DNA of 47,680 nt from Aerococcaceae bacterium (GCA_043424535.1 JBHWOV010000064.1:1-47680), one strand, 5' to 3'; shown: positions 30,205 to 39,961, numbered from the stretch's first letter. The notes: generated by a model from the sequence alone, not told the origin. A program made the numbers and translations.

Positions 30205-31173
30205 ATGATAAAGTCAAATACGATAACATTAATTGTCCCATGCTATAATGAAGAAGAAACACTAGGTCTGTTTATGGAAGCTGTCCTAGAAACACAAAAT
30301 AAAATGCCAGAAGTATTTATTGAATTGCTATTAATTAATGATGGTTCTAAAGATGGAACGCTAGATCAATTTCATATTTTGGCAGAAAAATATCCTGATC
30401 GTATTAATTATTTATCTTTTTCACGAAATTTTGGCAAAGAAGCCGCCATTATTGCTGGCTTAGAACATGCTGAAGGTGAGTGGGTTGGTTTAATTGATGC
30501 TGACCTCCAAGATCCACCTGAATTATTAATAGAAATGCATCGATTAATTACGGAAGAAGATTATGATGTGGCAGCTACGCGAAGAGTTGACCGTGAAGGA
30601 GAACCGCCGATTCGTTCTTTTTTTGCTAATCTGTATTATAAAATTAATAATCATATTTCGGATATTTACATTGAAGAAGGCGCCAGAGATTACCGATTAA
30701 TGAATCGTGCAGTGGTTGATGCGATACTTCGTTTACCTGAAAGAAATCGGTTCTCAAAAGGTTTATTTAGTTGGGTCGGATTTGATGTAGCATATATTGA
30801 GTATCCAAATATTGAGCGCAGTGCGGGAGAAACTTCTTGGTCATTTACAAGTCTATTTAGTTATGCATTAGAAGGGCTGATGAGTTTTTCTGAGATGCCA
30901 CTGAATATTGCTAGTATTATCGGTTTTATTAGCTTTATGATCGCTCTCATTTATGGGGTATTTATTATAGCGAAAACATTGATTTATGGACCTACTACTC
31001 CAGGATGGGCATCTTTAGCTGTATTAATTCTTGGTATGGGAGGCTTGCAATTGTTATGTTTAGGAATTGTCGGTCGCTATATAGGAAAGATTTTCATTGA
31101 AAGTAAACAAAGACCCTTATATTTAATCAAAGAAAAGCATCAAGTCGAAGATAAAAATAAAAATAATGAATAA
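30205..31173 (+). CDS. GT2 polyprenyl-phosphate glycosyltransferase (GtrB/CsbB-like)
   Basis: VPCYNEE, NDGSKD, FSRNFGKEAA, DADLQDPP, two C-terminal TMs, RPLY; ATG 30205. Confidence 0.92.
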   Translation: MIKSNTITLIVPCYNEEETLGLFMEAVLETQNKMPEVFIELLLINDGSKDGTLDQFHILAEKYPDRINYLSFSRNFGKEAAIIAGLEHAEGEWVGLIDADLQDPPELLIEMHRLITEEDYDVAATRRVDREGEPPIRSFFANLYYKINNHISDIYIEEGARDYRLMNRAVVDAILRLPERNRFSKGLFSWVGFDVAYIEYPNIERSAGETSWSFTSLFSYALEGLMSFSEMPLNIASIIGFISFMIALIYGVFIIAKTLIYGPTTPGWASLAVLILGMGGLQLLCLGIVGRYIGKIFIESKQRPLYLIKEKHQVEDKNKNNE

Positions 31174-31174
31174 T

Positions 31175-31222
31175 AAAAGCATCGAAATAATGACAATCGT
31201 TCATTACTTCGATGCTTTTTTT
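31175..31222. terminator. Bidirectional terminator between gtrB and the PSRP gene
   Basis: AAAAGCATCGAA...TTCGATGCTTTT followed by TTT. Confidence 0.85.
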
Positions 31223-31227
31223 AAAGA

Positions 31228-32040
31228 TTACTGAAATTTAGAATTCTCATAGAGTGTAGCAATTGTTTGTGCTAATTCTTCAATGGACCGATTCTCAATA
31301 TTGATGACTGAAATACCTAATTCATGGTATAAATCTTCCGCAAAGATGATTTCTTGGCGGACACGATTTAGGTCAGAATATTGATTTTCCTTTGCCATTC
31401 CCATTAATTCAACACGTGTATTGCGAATATTTTGAATATAATGGGGGGAAGCTGTGAGACCAAATACTTTATTTGGATCTGCATCATAAATTTCTTGTGG
31501 GATTTGTAATTCAGGAAATAGCGGTAAATTAGCGACTTTAAAAGATTGATTCGCTAAATACATACTTAATGGTGTTTTTGATGTTCCGGATATTCCAAGA
31601 AGAATGATATCTGCTTCTTTGTACCCTCTACGACTTTTTCCATCGTCATATTTGACCGCAAATTCTATTGCTTGAATTCGACTAAAATAATAGTCATCAA
31701 GTTGGTGTAAGGTTCCTGCTTGTTGTATAGGTGACAGCTTTGTTTCTTGTGAAATAAGCTGAATCAATGAATGAATAACATTATGATAAATTGATCCTTG
31801 TTGTCTTGCTAAATTTTCTGCGAATTGATGGAGATCATCACTGACGAGAGTAGCGATCACCATTGCATTTACGCGTTGTGCTTGCTCCATAATATTTTGT
31901 ATTTCTTCCTTTGAATTTACAAAAGGGAAGCGCTTCATTTGTGTGTTCTCAATATCAGGGAACTGAGCGAGAGCAGCATTGGTAGCTTGGAGAGCAGTTT
32001 CTCCGACTGAATCAGAAATGATATATACGATTGGTCTCAT
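31228..32040 (-). CDS. PPDK/PEPS regulatory kinase-pyrophosphorylase (PSRP/YqfL, DUF299)
   Basis: ISDSVGETA, AIEFAVKYDDGK, LG.S.TSKTPLSMYLA. Confidence 0.92.
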   Translation of the reverse strand: MRPIVYIISDSVGETALQATNAALAQFPDIENTQMKRFPFVNSKEEIQNIMEQAQRVNAMVIATLVSDDLHQFAENLARQQGSIYHNVIHSLIQLISQETKLSPIQQAGTLHQLDDYYFSRIQAIEFAVKYDDGKSRRGYKEADIILLGISGTSKTPLSMYLANQSFKVANLPLFPELQIPQEIYDADPNKVFGLTASPHYIQNIRNTRVELMGMAKENQYSDLNRVRQEIIFAEDLYHELGISVINIENRSIEELAQTIATLYENSKFQ

Positions 32041-32049
32041 CTGTGCCTC

Positions 32050-32661
32050 CTATTCATTATCTAAACTAATATCAACTATGAGATCATTGATTGTAGCCAA
32101 ATCAAGTTTTCCTACGATGTCCTCATTTTTATCAATAACTGGTAAAGTATCAACTTGATGTTTGCTCAATAAAGAGGCAGCTTTTAAAATACTATGATCT
32201 GGTTTCGTAACAACAATATTCGGCATTCTTGTCATACTTAGGGCGACTGCTTGAGAATGCATATTACCTATTAGAGAACGGAGCAAATCCTTACGTGAGA
32301 CAATGCCAATTAATTGATCAGACTCATTAACTACAAATAGAGTACCAATGTCATACATAAATAATTGTGTTACAGCTTCCTCGATTGTTTTGTCTTGATA
32401 TATTAAGGCAGGTGGTAACATAACATCTGATACTTTATATTCACTGAGAGAGTCTTGAATGAGTGAAGTGGTTGTCAGTCCTGAATAGATATAGCCAACT
32501 TTAGGACGCGCATCAAGTATCCCAGTCATCGTTAAAATAGCAAAATCGGATCGTAAAGTGGATTTAGTAAAACCTATCTTTTTGGCAATATCGTCCCCTG
32601 AAATAGGTTCATTTTCTTTGACGATTTGAATGATTTGCTCTTGTCTTGGTGAAAACTTCAT
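32050..32661 (-). CDS. ccpN: CcpN-like repressor (HTH plus CBS pair)
   Basis: RQEQIIQIVK..EPISG, TLRSD..ILTM.GILDARPKVGY, VSRKDLLR, MTRMPN; lies between ppdK and PSRP. Confidence 0.88.
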   Translation of the reverse strand: MKFSPRQEQIIQIVKENEPISGDDIAKKIGFTKSTLRSDFAILTMTGILDARPKVGYIYSGLTTTSLIQDSLSEYKVSDVMLPPALIYQDKTIEEAVTQLFMYDIGTLFVVNESDQLIGIVSRKDLLRSLIGNMHSQAVALSMTRMPNIVVTKPDHSILKAASLLSKHQVDTLPVIDKNEDIVGKLDLATINDLIVDISLDNE

Positions 32662-32701
32662 GGCGTCCTCCTTTGTTTTATAAATGTGTATAGAATCGAA
32701 A

Positions 32702-35323
32702 TTATTTTGATTTAATGGCGGCTTGTGCAGCAGCTAGATGCGCAATAGGCACTCTGAATGGAGAGCAAGATACATAATCTAGACCGATTTGATGAAAGAG
32801 TTCAATCGAATGAGGATCTCCTCCTAATTCACCACAAATACCCATTTTAAGCTTTGAAGAAGATTCGCGGCCTTTTTCTACAGCTAATGATACTAATTGA
32901 ATCATTGCTTCAGAGTCTATTGTTTGGAAGGGATCATTGGCTAAGATTCCAGTTTGTAAATAATAATTTAAAAATTTACCAGCATCATCTCTAGAGTAAC
33001 CAAATGTCAATTGAGTGAGATCATTTGTTCCAAAACTAAAGAAGTCGCTATGTTTAGCTAATTTGTCTGCGATTAAACAGGCTCTAGGTGTTTCAATCAT
33101 CGTGCCAATCGTATAATCGATTGATTGTTGCGCTTCATTCAATAGATTGTCTAAATGATTCTTAATTTGCTTACGTAAGAAAATCAGTTCTTGCTCGTTA
33201 CTAATCAATGGTATCATAATTTCTGGTTTAATTTGAATATTTTCTAAATTATTTTGCGTTTCAATCGCTGCTTGAATAATTGCTTCAACTTGCATCAAAT
33301 AAAGTTCAGGATAAGTCACTCCCATACGACAGCCGCGATGACCCATCATTGGATTCACTTCTTTAAGATTAACAATATGATCTTCCAAAGAATTGATAGG
33401 AATGTTTAAACTTTCAGCCAAATTATGTATTTCTTTTTGTGTTGTTGGCAAAAATTCATGCAGTGGCAAATCAAGAAGTCGGATAACGACTGGCTTTTCT
33501 TTCGTTAATTGAAAAATTTCTTTGAAATCATTAATTTGAAAATCTCTAATTTTTGTCAGAGAGTCATTGTGATCATTGGGATTATCGGTCAATAAGAAAC
33601 GTCGAATTTCTTTAATACGATCTGCATGGAAGAACATATGCTCAGTTCTTACAAGACCAATGCCTACTGCGTCAAAATCCAAACCTGCTTGAATATCAGT
33701 GCTAGTTTCAGCATTCATTCGAACTTTTAATTGTGCGATGTCTTGAGACCACTTCATGATTTTATCAAAATCTTGATTAACAGTCGCAGCAACAGTCGTA
33801 AGGTCGCCGAGATAAATTTTTCCTGTAGAACCATCAACGGAAATAATATCCCCTTCATGTAAAATACCATCCGAATAAATAAGAGTTTTAGATTCTTCGT
33901 TCACCTCAAGTTCATTACAACCTGCGACACATGTTTTCCCCATACCACGTGCAACTACTGCGGGATGGGATGTCATACCTCCCTGGCTAGTCACGATGGC
34001 TTCTGCCACACTCATTCCAATAATATCTTCAGGTGATGTTTCATGTCGGACTAAAATAATTTTTTCGCCTGCATCACTGCGCTCCTTAGCTTCATCTGCT
34101 GTAAATACAATCGCACCAGAAGCAGCGCCTGGACTAGCAGGTAATCCACTATCTGTGACTAATACCGCTTGATTTACTGCTTGATTATCGAATGTAGGGT
34201 GAAGAATTTGATCAAGAGATGTAGGATCGATTGTCAATAAAGCTTGTTCTTTCGTTAATTTCCCTTCCTCTACCATATCAACAGCTATTTTTATTGCTGC
34301 ATGTCCAGTTCTTTTTCCTTTTCTTGTTTGAAGTAGATATAATTTCCCTTCTTCAACGGTAAATTCTATATCTTGCATGTCTTCGTAATGGTCTTCTAAT
34401 TGTTGTGTCAACTCAAGTATTTGTTGATAAATTTCTGGTTGAAGTGTCTCTAAACGATGGATAGACATCGGTGTTCGAATCCCTGCAACGACATCTTCAC
34501 CTTGAGCATTGACGAGATATTCACCATAGAGTTCATTTACACCATTGGAAGGATTTCTGGTAAATAGAACACCTGTACCAGACTGTTCCCCTTGATTACC
34601 AAAGACCATTTCTTGAATCGTTACAGCTGTTCCTAAATCATGAGGAATATTGTTCATTTGACGATATGCTACTGCGCGCTCATTATTCCAAGATTTAAAA
34701 ACGGCCTCTACAGATTGGAAGATTTGCTGATAAACATCTTGAGGGAATGAACGTCCGAGACATTTTAAGTAAATCTCTTTGTAATCAGCAACAACTTGTT
34801 TTAAATGATGCGCACTAATCTCTGCATCCGTTTGATAATGAAATTTAGTTTTATATTGTGCTAGACAATCTTCAAAATATTGAATGTCAAGTCCATCGAC
34901 AACATTAGCAAACATTTGAATGAAACGACGGTAACAATCATAAGCAAAGCGTTCATTATTGGTGATTTGCGCAAATTTTACAACATTCTCATCATTGAGT
35001 CCTAAATTTAAGATTGTATCCATCATTCCAGGCATCGAAATTTTAGCTCCTGATCGTACTGAAACTAAAAGAAGTCTCTCAGGATCATTGAAATTTTTAT
35101 TACAAATCGTTTCTAAAGATTGAATTGACTGAGTGATTTCATGGATTAAAGATTGCGAGAGTGTCTGGTCCTCTAAATATTCAAGACATGCTTGTGTTGA
35201 AATAGTGAAACCTTGAGGAACAGGCAAATTCAAAGCAGTCATTTCTGCTAAGTTACTACCTTTACCACCTAATAAATCATTCATTGTTGCATTTCCTTCG
35301 CTAAATAAAAACACTTTTTTCAT
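32702..35323 (-). CDS. ppdK: Pyruvate, phosphate dikinase
   Basis: LVSVRSGA..SMPGMMDTILNLG, GGMTSH, RTEHMFF, FFSFGTNDLTQ, GICGE, YVSCSP; ATG 35323 is best spaced from SD GGAGG. Confidence 0.96.
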   Translation of the reverse strand: MKKVFLFSEGNATMNDLLGGKGSNLAEMTALNLPVPQGFTISTQACLEYLEDQTLSQSLIHEITQSIQSLETICNKNFNDPERLLLVSVRSGAKISMPGMMDTILNLGLNDENVVKFAQITNNERFAYDCYRRFIQMFANVVDGLDIQYFEDCLAQYKTKFHYQTDAEISAHHLKQVVADYKEIYLKCLGRSFPQDVYQQIFQSVEAVFKSWNNERAVAYRQMNNIPHDLGTAVTIQEMVFGNQGEQSGTGVLFTRNPSNGVNELYGEYLVNAQGEDVVAGIRTPMSIHRLETLQPEIYQQILELTQQLEDHYEDMQDIEFTVEEGKLYLLQTRKGKRTGHAAIKIAVDMVEEGKLTKEQALLTIDPTSLDQILHPTFDNQAVNQAVLVTDSGLPASPGAASGAIVFTADEAKERSDAGEKIILVRHETSPEDIIGMSVAEAIVTSQGGMTSHPAVVARGMGKTCVAGCNELEVNEESKTLIYSDGILHEGDIISVDGSTGKIYLGDLTTVAATVNQDFDKIMKWSQDIAQLKVRMNAETSTDIQAGLDFDAVGIGLVRTEHMFFHADRIKEIRRFLLTDNPNDHNDSLTKIRDFQINDFKEIFQLTKEKPVVIRLLDLPLHEFLPTTQKEIHNLAESLNIPINSLEDHIVNLKEVNPMMGHRGCRMGVTYPELYLMQVEAIIQAAIETQNNLENIQIKPEIMIPLISNEQELIFLRKQIKNHLDNLLNEAQQSIDYTIGTMIETPRACLIADKLAKHSDFFSFGTNDLTQLTFGYSRDDAGKFLNYYLQTGILANDPFQTIDSEAMIQLVSLAVEKGRESSSKLKMGICGELGGDPHSIELFHQIGLDYVSCSPFRVPIAHLAAAQAAIKSK

Positions 35324-35351
35324 CACTTTACCTCCAATGATGTTTTTTTAG

Positions 35352-35414
35352 ATTATATAATGTGCATTATATAATGTCAATAGTGTTTTTAAAATGATAT
35401 GAGATGCATTATAT
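35352..35414 (-). promoter_or_regulatory. Consensus sigma-A promoter of ppdK with candidate repressor (CcpN) sites
   Basis: TTGACA(35380-35375)-N17-TATAAT(35357-35352); TGCATTATAT repeated at 35363-35372 and 35405-35414. Confidence 0.75.
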
Positions 35415-35424
35415 CTTGAAGATG

Positions 35425-35464
35425 AAAAAACCACTGAATATTTTTACGATATCCAGTGGTTTTT
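35425..35464 (-). terminator. Intrinsic terminator of the CpXC gene
   Basis: AAAAACCACTG...CAGTGGTTTTT. Confidence 0.8.
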
Positions 35465-35469
35465 CTTTA

Positions 35470-36111
35470 TTATTTATTTTTCTCTAGCGCTGCGATCGCC
35501 CATCTTTGATCGATTTGTAAGAATTCACCTTTAGAGGGTAATTGATTTGGCGATTGAAGTTTTTCTTTTGCGAAAGATGCAAGTGTTTCATGATAATCTA
35601 CAAAAAATTGTTCTGATTCTAAAATATAATATATTTTTGGTTGATCATTTACCAATGTAAAAAAGCGTTGAATAATGTTTGCCTCTGGTTTCTGTTTCAT
35701 AAATAAACCATCAGTTAATAGCTTTATGACTTCCATTGTGGCATCGTCTACTTGATTAAATTGAGAAATATTAATTTTTTCAATTAATTCAGGGATGTTT
35801 TGTACTAATCGTAAAGTATAATCTGATAAATCGAGATGGTCAGGTACTAAATTTATGATATTATTGGCTAAAGTTTCACTATACTGTTGATTTGCTAGAT
35901 TTATGATGAGTAGCTTTTTCACAGGATTATGAAAAATCATTTGGGTTTCTACTTGTCTAATAGCACCGCAATTTGGACATTCAAAATGATATAATTGATT
36001 ATCCATTAGTTGATCAACAAGTTCAGGTGTAGTCTGTGTATTAATATAAGTAATCATTTCTTTTTTAATGGGTTCTTGGCATACGGGACAGTTTAATATG
36101 TGGCTTGTCAT
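35470..36111 (-). CDS. CpXC domain (zinc-ribbon) protein
   Basis: CPVC and CPNCG, IN....PEL, then HNP, LR.V....EL.EKI.I. Confidence 0.8.
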   Translation of the reverse strand: MTSHILNCPVCQEPIKKEMITYINTQTTPELVDQLMDNQLYHFECPNCGAIRQVETQMIFHNPVKKLLIINLANQQYSETLANNIINLVPDHLDLSDYTLRLVQNIPELIEKINISQFNQVDDATMEVIKLLTDGLFMKQKPEANIIQRFFTLVNDQPKIYYILESEQFFVDYHETLASFAKEKLQSPNQLPSKGEFLQIDQRWAIAALEKNK

Positions 36112-36259
36112 AATTAACTTCCTTTCAATCTGATCATTGTTTTCATTGTAACAAAACTTTGCTCTAAAAACGATGCAATTCTCATAAATATGCTCTATAA
36201 TAGTGTTTATAGTGAAAGTGCTATCATCATCTGATGAGATTAATGATGGAGGTAGAAAG

Positions 36260-36961
36260 ATGATAAATCAAGCTAAAATGGTTGCTGGTCGCAAGGCCGT
36301 TGAATATATAGAAGATGGAATGACCGTAGGTTTAGGGACAGGTTCCACAGCTTATTATTTTATTGATGAATTAGGACGGCAAATTCGAACCGGTCATCTG
36401 AAAAATATTCAAACAGTAGCTACCTCGAAACGGTCTAAAGAACAAGCTGAATCTTTAGGAATAAAAGTAGTAAGTCTTGATATGGTGAAACACATTGATG
36501 TGTTAGTTGATGGAGCCGATGAGACAACAGCAGATGGATACGGAATTAAAGGTGGTGGCGGAGCGTTACTCTATGAAAAAATTGTTGCGATGGCAGCAAA
36601 AAAGAGTATCTGGATTGTCACAGCGGATAAAATTGTCGAAACATTAGGTGCATTTCCACTTCCAATTGAAATAGTACCATTTGGAAGTTTACGATTATTG
36701 GATAATCTTGATCAGATGGGATTAAATCCAACATTTAGAAAATTAGATAATGACTCATTATTTATTACCGATTCTGGTAACTATATCTTAGATTTACATT
36801 TACAGAACATTCAAGCTCCACACCAATTAGCATTAGAACTTGATCGGATGGTAGGGGTTATCGAGCATGGATTGTTCCTTGATCTAACAGATTTAATTAT
36901 CGTAGGATACGAGAATGGAGAGACACATCAGTTTTCATGTAATCGAGGAGTGATGCGTTAG
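36260..36961 (+). CDS. rpiA: Ribose-5-phosphate isomerase A
   Basis: GLGTGSTA, DGADE, IKGGGGALLYEKIV, TDSGNYILD, EHGLF; ATG 36260 after SD GGAGG. Confidence 0.97.
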   Translation: MINQAKMVAGRKAVEYIEDGMTVGLGTGSTAYYFIDELGRQIRTGHLKNIQTVATSKRSKEQAESLGIKVVSLDMVKHIDVLVDGADETTADGYGIKGGGGALLYEKIVAMAAKKSIWIVTADKIVETLGAFPLPIEIVPFGSLRLLDNLDQMGLNPTFRKLDNDSLFITDSGNYILDLHLQNIQAPHQLALELDRMVGVIEHGLFLDLTDLIIVGYENGETHQFSCNRGVMR

Positions 36962-38259
36962 TGAAAATTTTAGAATTGATTGAAAAAAAGCAACAAAAGC
37001 TCGCTTTATCGCAACAAGAAATTGATGAGCTGGTTGATGCATATGTAAATGGAGATATACCTGATTATCAAATGAGTGCTTTATTAATGGCGATATATTT
37101 TCAGGGAATGACGGATGAAGAAATTCAATATCTGACCATGGCAATGGTTAATAGTGGTGATCATTTAGATTTATCACAAATTGATGGTGTAAAAGTGGAT
37201 AAACACTCGACGGGAGGAGTTGGAGATACAACAACGCTTGTTTTAGGACCTCTTGTTGCAAGTTTAGGAGTTCCAGTGGCTAAAATGAGTGGTCGAGGGC
37301 TGGGACACACAGGTGGAACGATTGATAAGCTAGAAAGTATTCCAGGCTTTCGCACAGATATTTCTGTGGATGAATTTATAGCACTCGTCAATAAAAATAG
37401 TCTTGCAGTCATTGGTCAAACAGGAAATTTGACACCTGCAGATAAAAAAATTTACGCCTTAAGAGACGTCACAGGGACTGTTCAATCAATACCATTGATT
37501 GCGAGTTCTATCATGAGTAAAAAAATTGCTTCAGGCGCTGATGCGATTGTGCTCGATGTTAAAGTTGGTGACGGGGCTTTTATGAAAAATATTGAAGAAG
37601 CACGTCATTTGGCTGAAACAATGGTTAATATTGGTAATCAAGTTGGAAGAAGAACATTGGCCATATTATCATCAATGGATCAACCATTAGGCGAAGCAGT
37701 TGGAAATAATTTGGAAATTATTGAAGCCATTCATACACTTCAAGGAAATGGGCCCGAAGATTTAACAGAACTTTGTTTAGTTTTAGGTGCTAATATGTTA
37801 TTAGCAAATGGCTATACAGAAGATTTTTCAAAAGCTAAAGAATTGTTATTAGAACAATTAAATAATGGCCAAGCTTTTAATAAATTTGTTGAATTTATTG
37901 TAGCCCAAGGTGGAGATAAATCTTATTTAAATGATTTGTCTTTATTCCCTAAAGCACAATATCAAATTCCAATCATAGCTGAAAAAACGGGTTATGTAAC
38001 GGGATGGGATGCACATGAAGTTGGCGAAGCAGCGCGTATTTTAGGAGCAGGACGTCTCAGTTTACAAGATCAGATACAGCCAGAGGTTGGCGTGATTCTT
38101 CATAAAAAGATCGGCTCATATGTTAAAAAAGGTGATCAAATTGCGGAGCTTCACAGTAATCAATCAGAAAATCATGAAGCACTACAACGAATGCAAGAGG
38201 CTGTAACCATTGGTGCTGAATGTATTGCACCAACATTAATTTTAGATCAAATAGAATGA
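36961..38259 (+). CDS. pdp: Pyrimidine-nucleoside phosphorylase
   Basis: PDYQMSALLMA, DKHSTGGVGD, KMSGRGLGHTGGTIDKLE, SIMSKKIA. Confidence 0.96.
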   Translation: MKILELIEKKQQKLALSQQEIDELVDAYVNGDIPDYQMSALLMAIYFQGMTDEEIQYLTMAMVNSGDHLDLSQIDGVKVDKHSTGGVGDTTTLVLGPLVASLGVPVAKMSGRGLGHTGGTIDKLESIPGFRTDISVDEFIALVNKNSLAVIGQTGNLTPADKKIYALRDVTGTVQSIPLIASSIMSKKIASGADAIVLDVKVGDGAFMKNIEEARHLAETMVNIGNQVGRRTLAILSSMDQPLGEAVGNNLEIIEAIHTLQGNGPEDLTELCLVLGANMLLANGYTEDFSKAKELLLEQLNNGQAFNKFVEFIVAQGGDKSYLNDLSLFPKAQYQIPIIAEKTGYVTGWDAHEVGEAARILGAGRLSLQDQIQPEVGVILHKKIGSYVKKGDQIAELHSNQSENHEALQRMQEAVTIGAECIAPTLILDQIE

Positions 38260-38276
38260 TAAAATGAAAAGAGGAT

Positions 38277-38870
38277 ATGATGTTCCAGAAAAAAATAAGA
38301 CAATTAAGACTCGAACATGATATGTCACAAGAAGATTTGGCAGATATCTTAGGTGTCACACGCCAATCTATCTCAAAATATGAAAATGGGACGGCAGAAC
38401 CAAGTTATGACAAACTAGCTATTTTAGTAGATTATTTCAATGTCAGTTATGATGATTTATTAGCGAAAGATTCTATGGTCACATCAGAAGAGAAGGTTTC
38501 TGTTAAAGATGAAAGCAAGCCAGTGGTGAAAAAGAAAGAAATCAAAGAACCGACCATCGAAGTTATCAGTCTTTTAGATGAAGAAGCAGAATCTAATTTT
38601 GTTGATTTTATTGTCACTGAAAAACCTGCTTACTTTGAGTTAGATCATAAGCCGAATGCAGTCCTTCAAGGTGTACCCGCTAAGACAGGTGGAATTTTTA
38701 AACCTCGAAATGTCGATTTAGCTTGGTATAGGGAAACAGAAGATGCTTATCGAGAAAGAGATGCAGCTAAACAAGCACTCAAAGATAAAAAGAAAATGTA
38801 TTTTTTAGAATATTATGTCCCAGTTAAGAAACACGGTTTCTTCAGTGTTCAAATTGCTGAAGAAGATTAA
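38277..38870 (+). CDS. XRE-family HTH regulator with uncharacterised C-terminal domain
   Basis: LR....MSQEDLA..LGVTRQSISKYENG.AEP; start could be 38280. Confidence 0.85.
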   Translation: MMFQKKIRQLRLEHDMSQEDLADILGVTRQSISKYENGTAEPSYDKLAILVDYFNVSYDDLLAKDSMVTSEEKVSVKDESKPVVKKKEIKEPTIEVISLLDEEAESNFVDFIVTEKPAYFELDHKPNAVLQGVPAKTGGIFKPRNVDLAWYRETEDAYRERDAAKQALKDKKKMYFLEYYVPVKKHGFFSVQIAEED

Positions 38871-38880
38871 TGATAAATAT

Positions 38881-38919
38881 AAAAAACTCGAAAATTTGCA
38901 ATCATTTTCGAGTTTTTTT
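38881..38919. terminator. Bidirectional terminator between the XRE and OCD genes
   Basis: AAAAAACTCGAAAAT-N8-ATTTTCGAGTTTTTT. Confidence 0.88.
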
Positions 38920-38947
38920 GTTGTATTTGAAATGTGACTGATTTATT

Positions 38948-39961
38948 TTAAGCTTCAAAATTGAAGTGACCATCAATGTCGTCATTTTTCATTACTTGTT
39001 CATAAACATAGGAAGCGATAACGACATCTGTTGCACCAACACCGATGGGAATGCATATTATGATATCATCGTTTAGCGGTTCATTAAGTCCATTGACAGC
39101 AATCTCAGGCAAAGTTTGTTGAATATCATCTTCAGAGAGTTTGCCTTCGCTTTTTAAGTGTTTTAACGCACCGCGGTGCAATGCTTGGTCTTTATGATCG
39201 ACGATGATACGATCTGCATTTAGAATCGTGGAGTCAGTGATTTCTTGATAAGAACCCATTGGGAAAATGACGGTTCCTGGTTTTATCATATCCGCGTCGA
39301 TGATGGGCTCTTTTGCTAATGTAACAGTGATGATGACATCTACATCACAAGCGTCTTCTGGTTTATCGGGAGAAGCAATTCGAATGTCTCCTTTAACCAA
39401 AGACTGAGCATCTTCTCTGAATCGCTCAGCGGATTCTGTTCGGTGGTTCCAAATAACTAATTCATGGATGTCGATGACCTGTGAAATGGCATCTAAATTT
39501 TGATGTGCTTGTTCTCCGGTACCGAACATACCAATTGAAATAGATGGTTTGTCAAATAAATAATCAATCGCAACTGCAGTTTGAGCTCCCGTGCGAATAT
39601 TTGTGATATATTGGCCGTCTAGTACAGCTTTGAAACCTCCTAATTGAGGGTCAGCCAGTAAAATCATACCGAAGATAAATGGTAAACCTGCTTCGCGTCT
39701 TTGACCAGCAATACCTCCAACCCATTTAAGACCAGCAATTGTATCACTACCTATGTATGCGGGCATTGCATTCAAGAAACCGTCATGATCTGGATAGGGA
39801 TCTGATTCACCTAAATCAAGATTTACTTTTCGAGGGTTTTTAGTTGTACCATCACCCATTCCTTTATAAGCTTTTCGCACCAATTCGATAGCAATATCCA
39901 TATTGACATACTTCTTTATTGTCGACTGGTTGATAAGAATTGTTTCTTGATTATCCTTCAT
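38948..39961 (-). CDS. Ornithine cyclodeaminase/mu-crystallin family protein
   Basis: AMPAY, GLKW, IT.IRTGA, Rossmann motif FGTGEQA, G.G..DV..A. Confidence 0.88.
   Translation of the reverse strand: MKDNQETILINQSTIKKYVNMDIAIELVRKAYKGMGDGTTKNPRKVNLDLGESDPYPDHDGFLNAMPAYIGSDTIAGLKWVGGIAGQRREAGLPFIFGMILLADPQLGGFKAVLDGQYITNIRTGAQTAVAIDYLFDKPSISIGMFGTGEQAHQNLDAISQVIDIHELVIWNHRTESAERFREDAQSLVKGDIRIASPDKPEDACDVDVIITVTLAKEPIIDADMIKPGTVIFPMGSYQEITDSTILNADRIIVDHKDQALHRGALKHLKSEGKLSEDDIQQTLPEIAVNGLNEPLNDDIIICIPIGVGATDVVIASYVYEQVMKNDDIDGHFNFEA

Noticed and set aside
5764..38919. Shared CAATC(G/A)TT in the loops of three terminators (near 5771, 31194, 38899) as a dispersed repeat or uptake sequence
   Set aside because: The stems are unrelated, the motif is short, and most other terminators lack it; compatible with chance.
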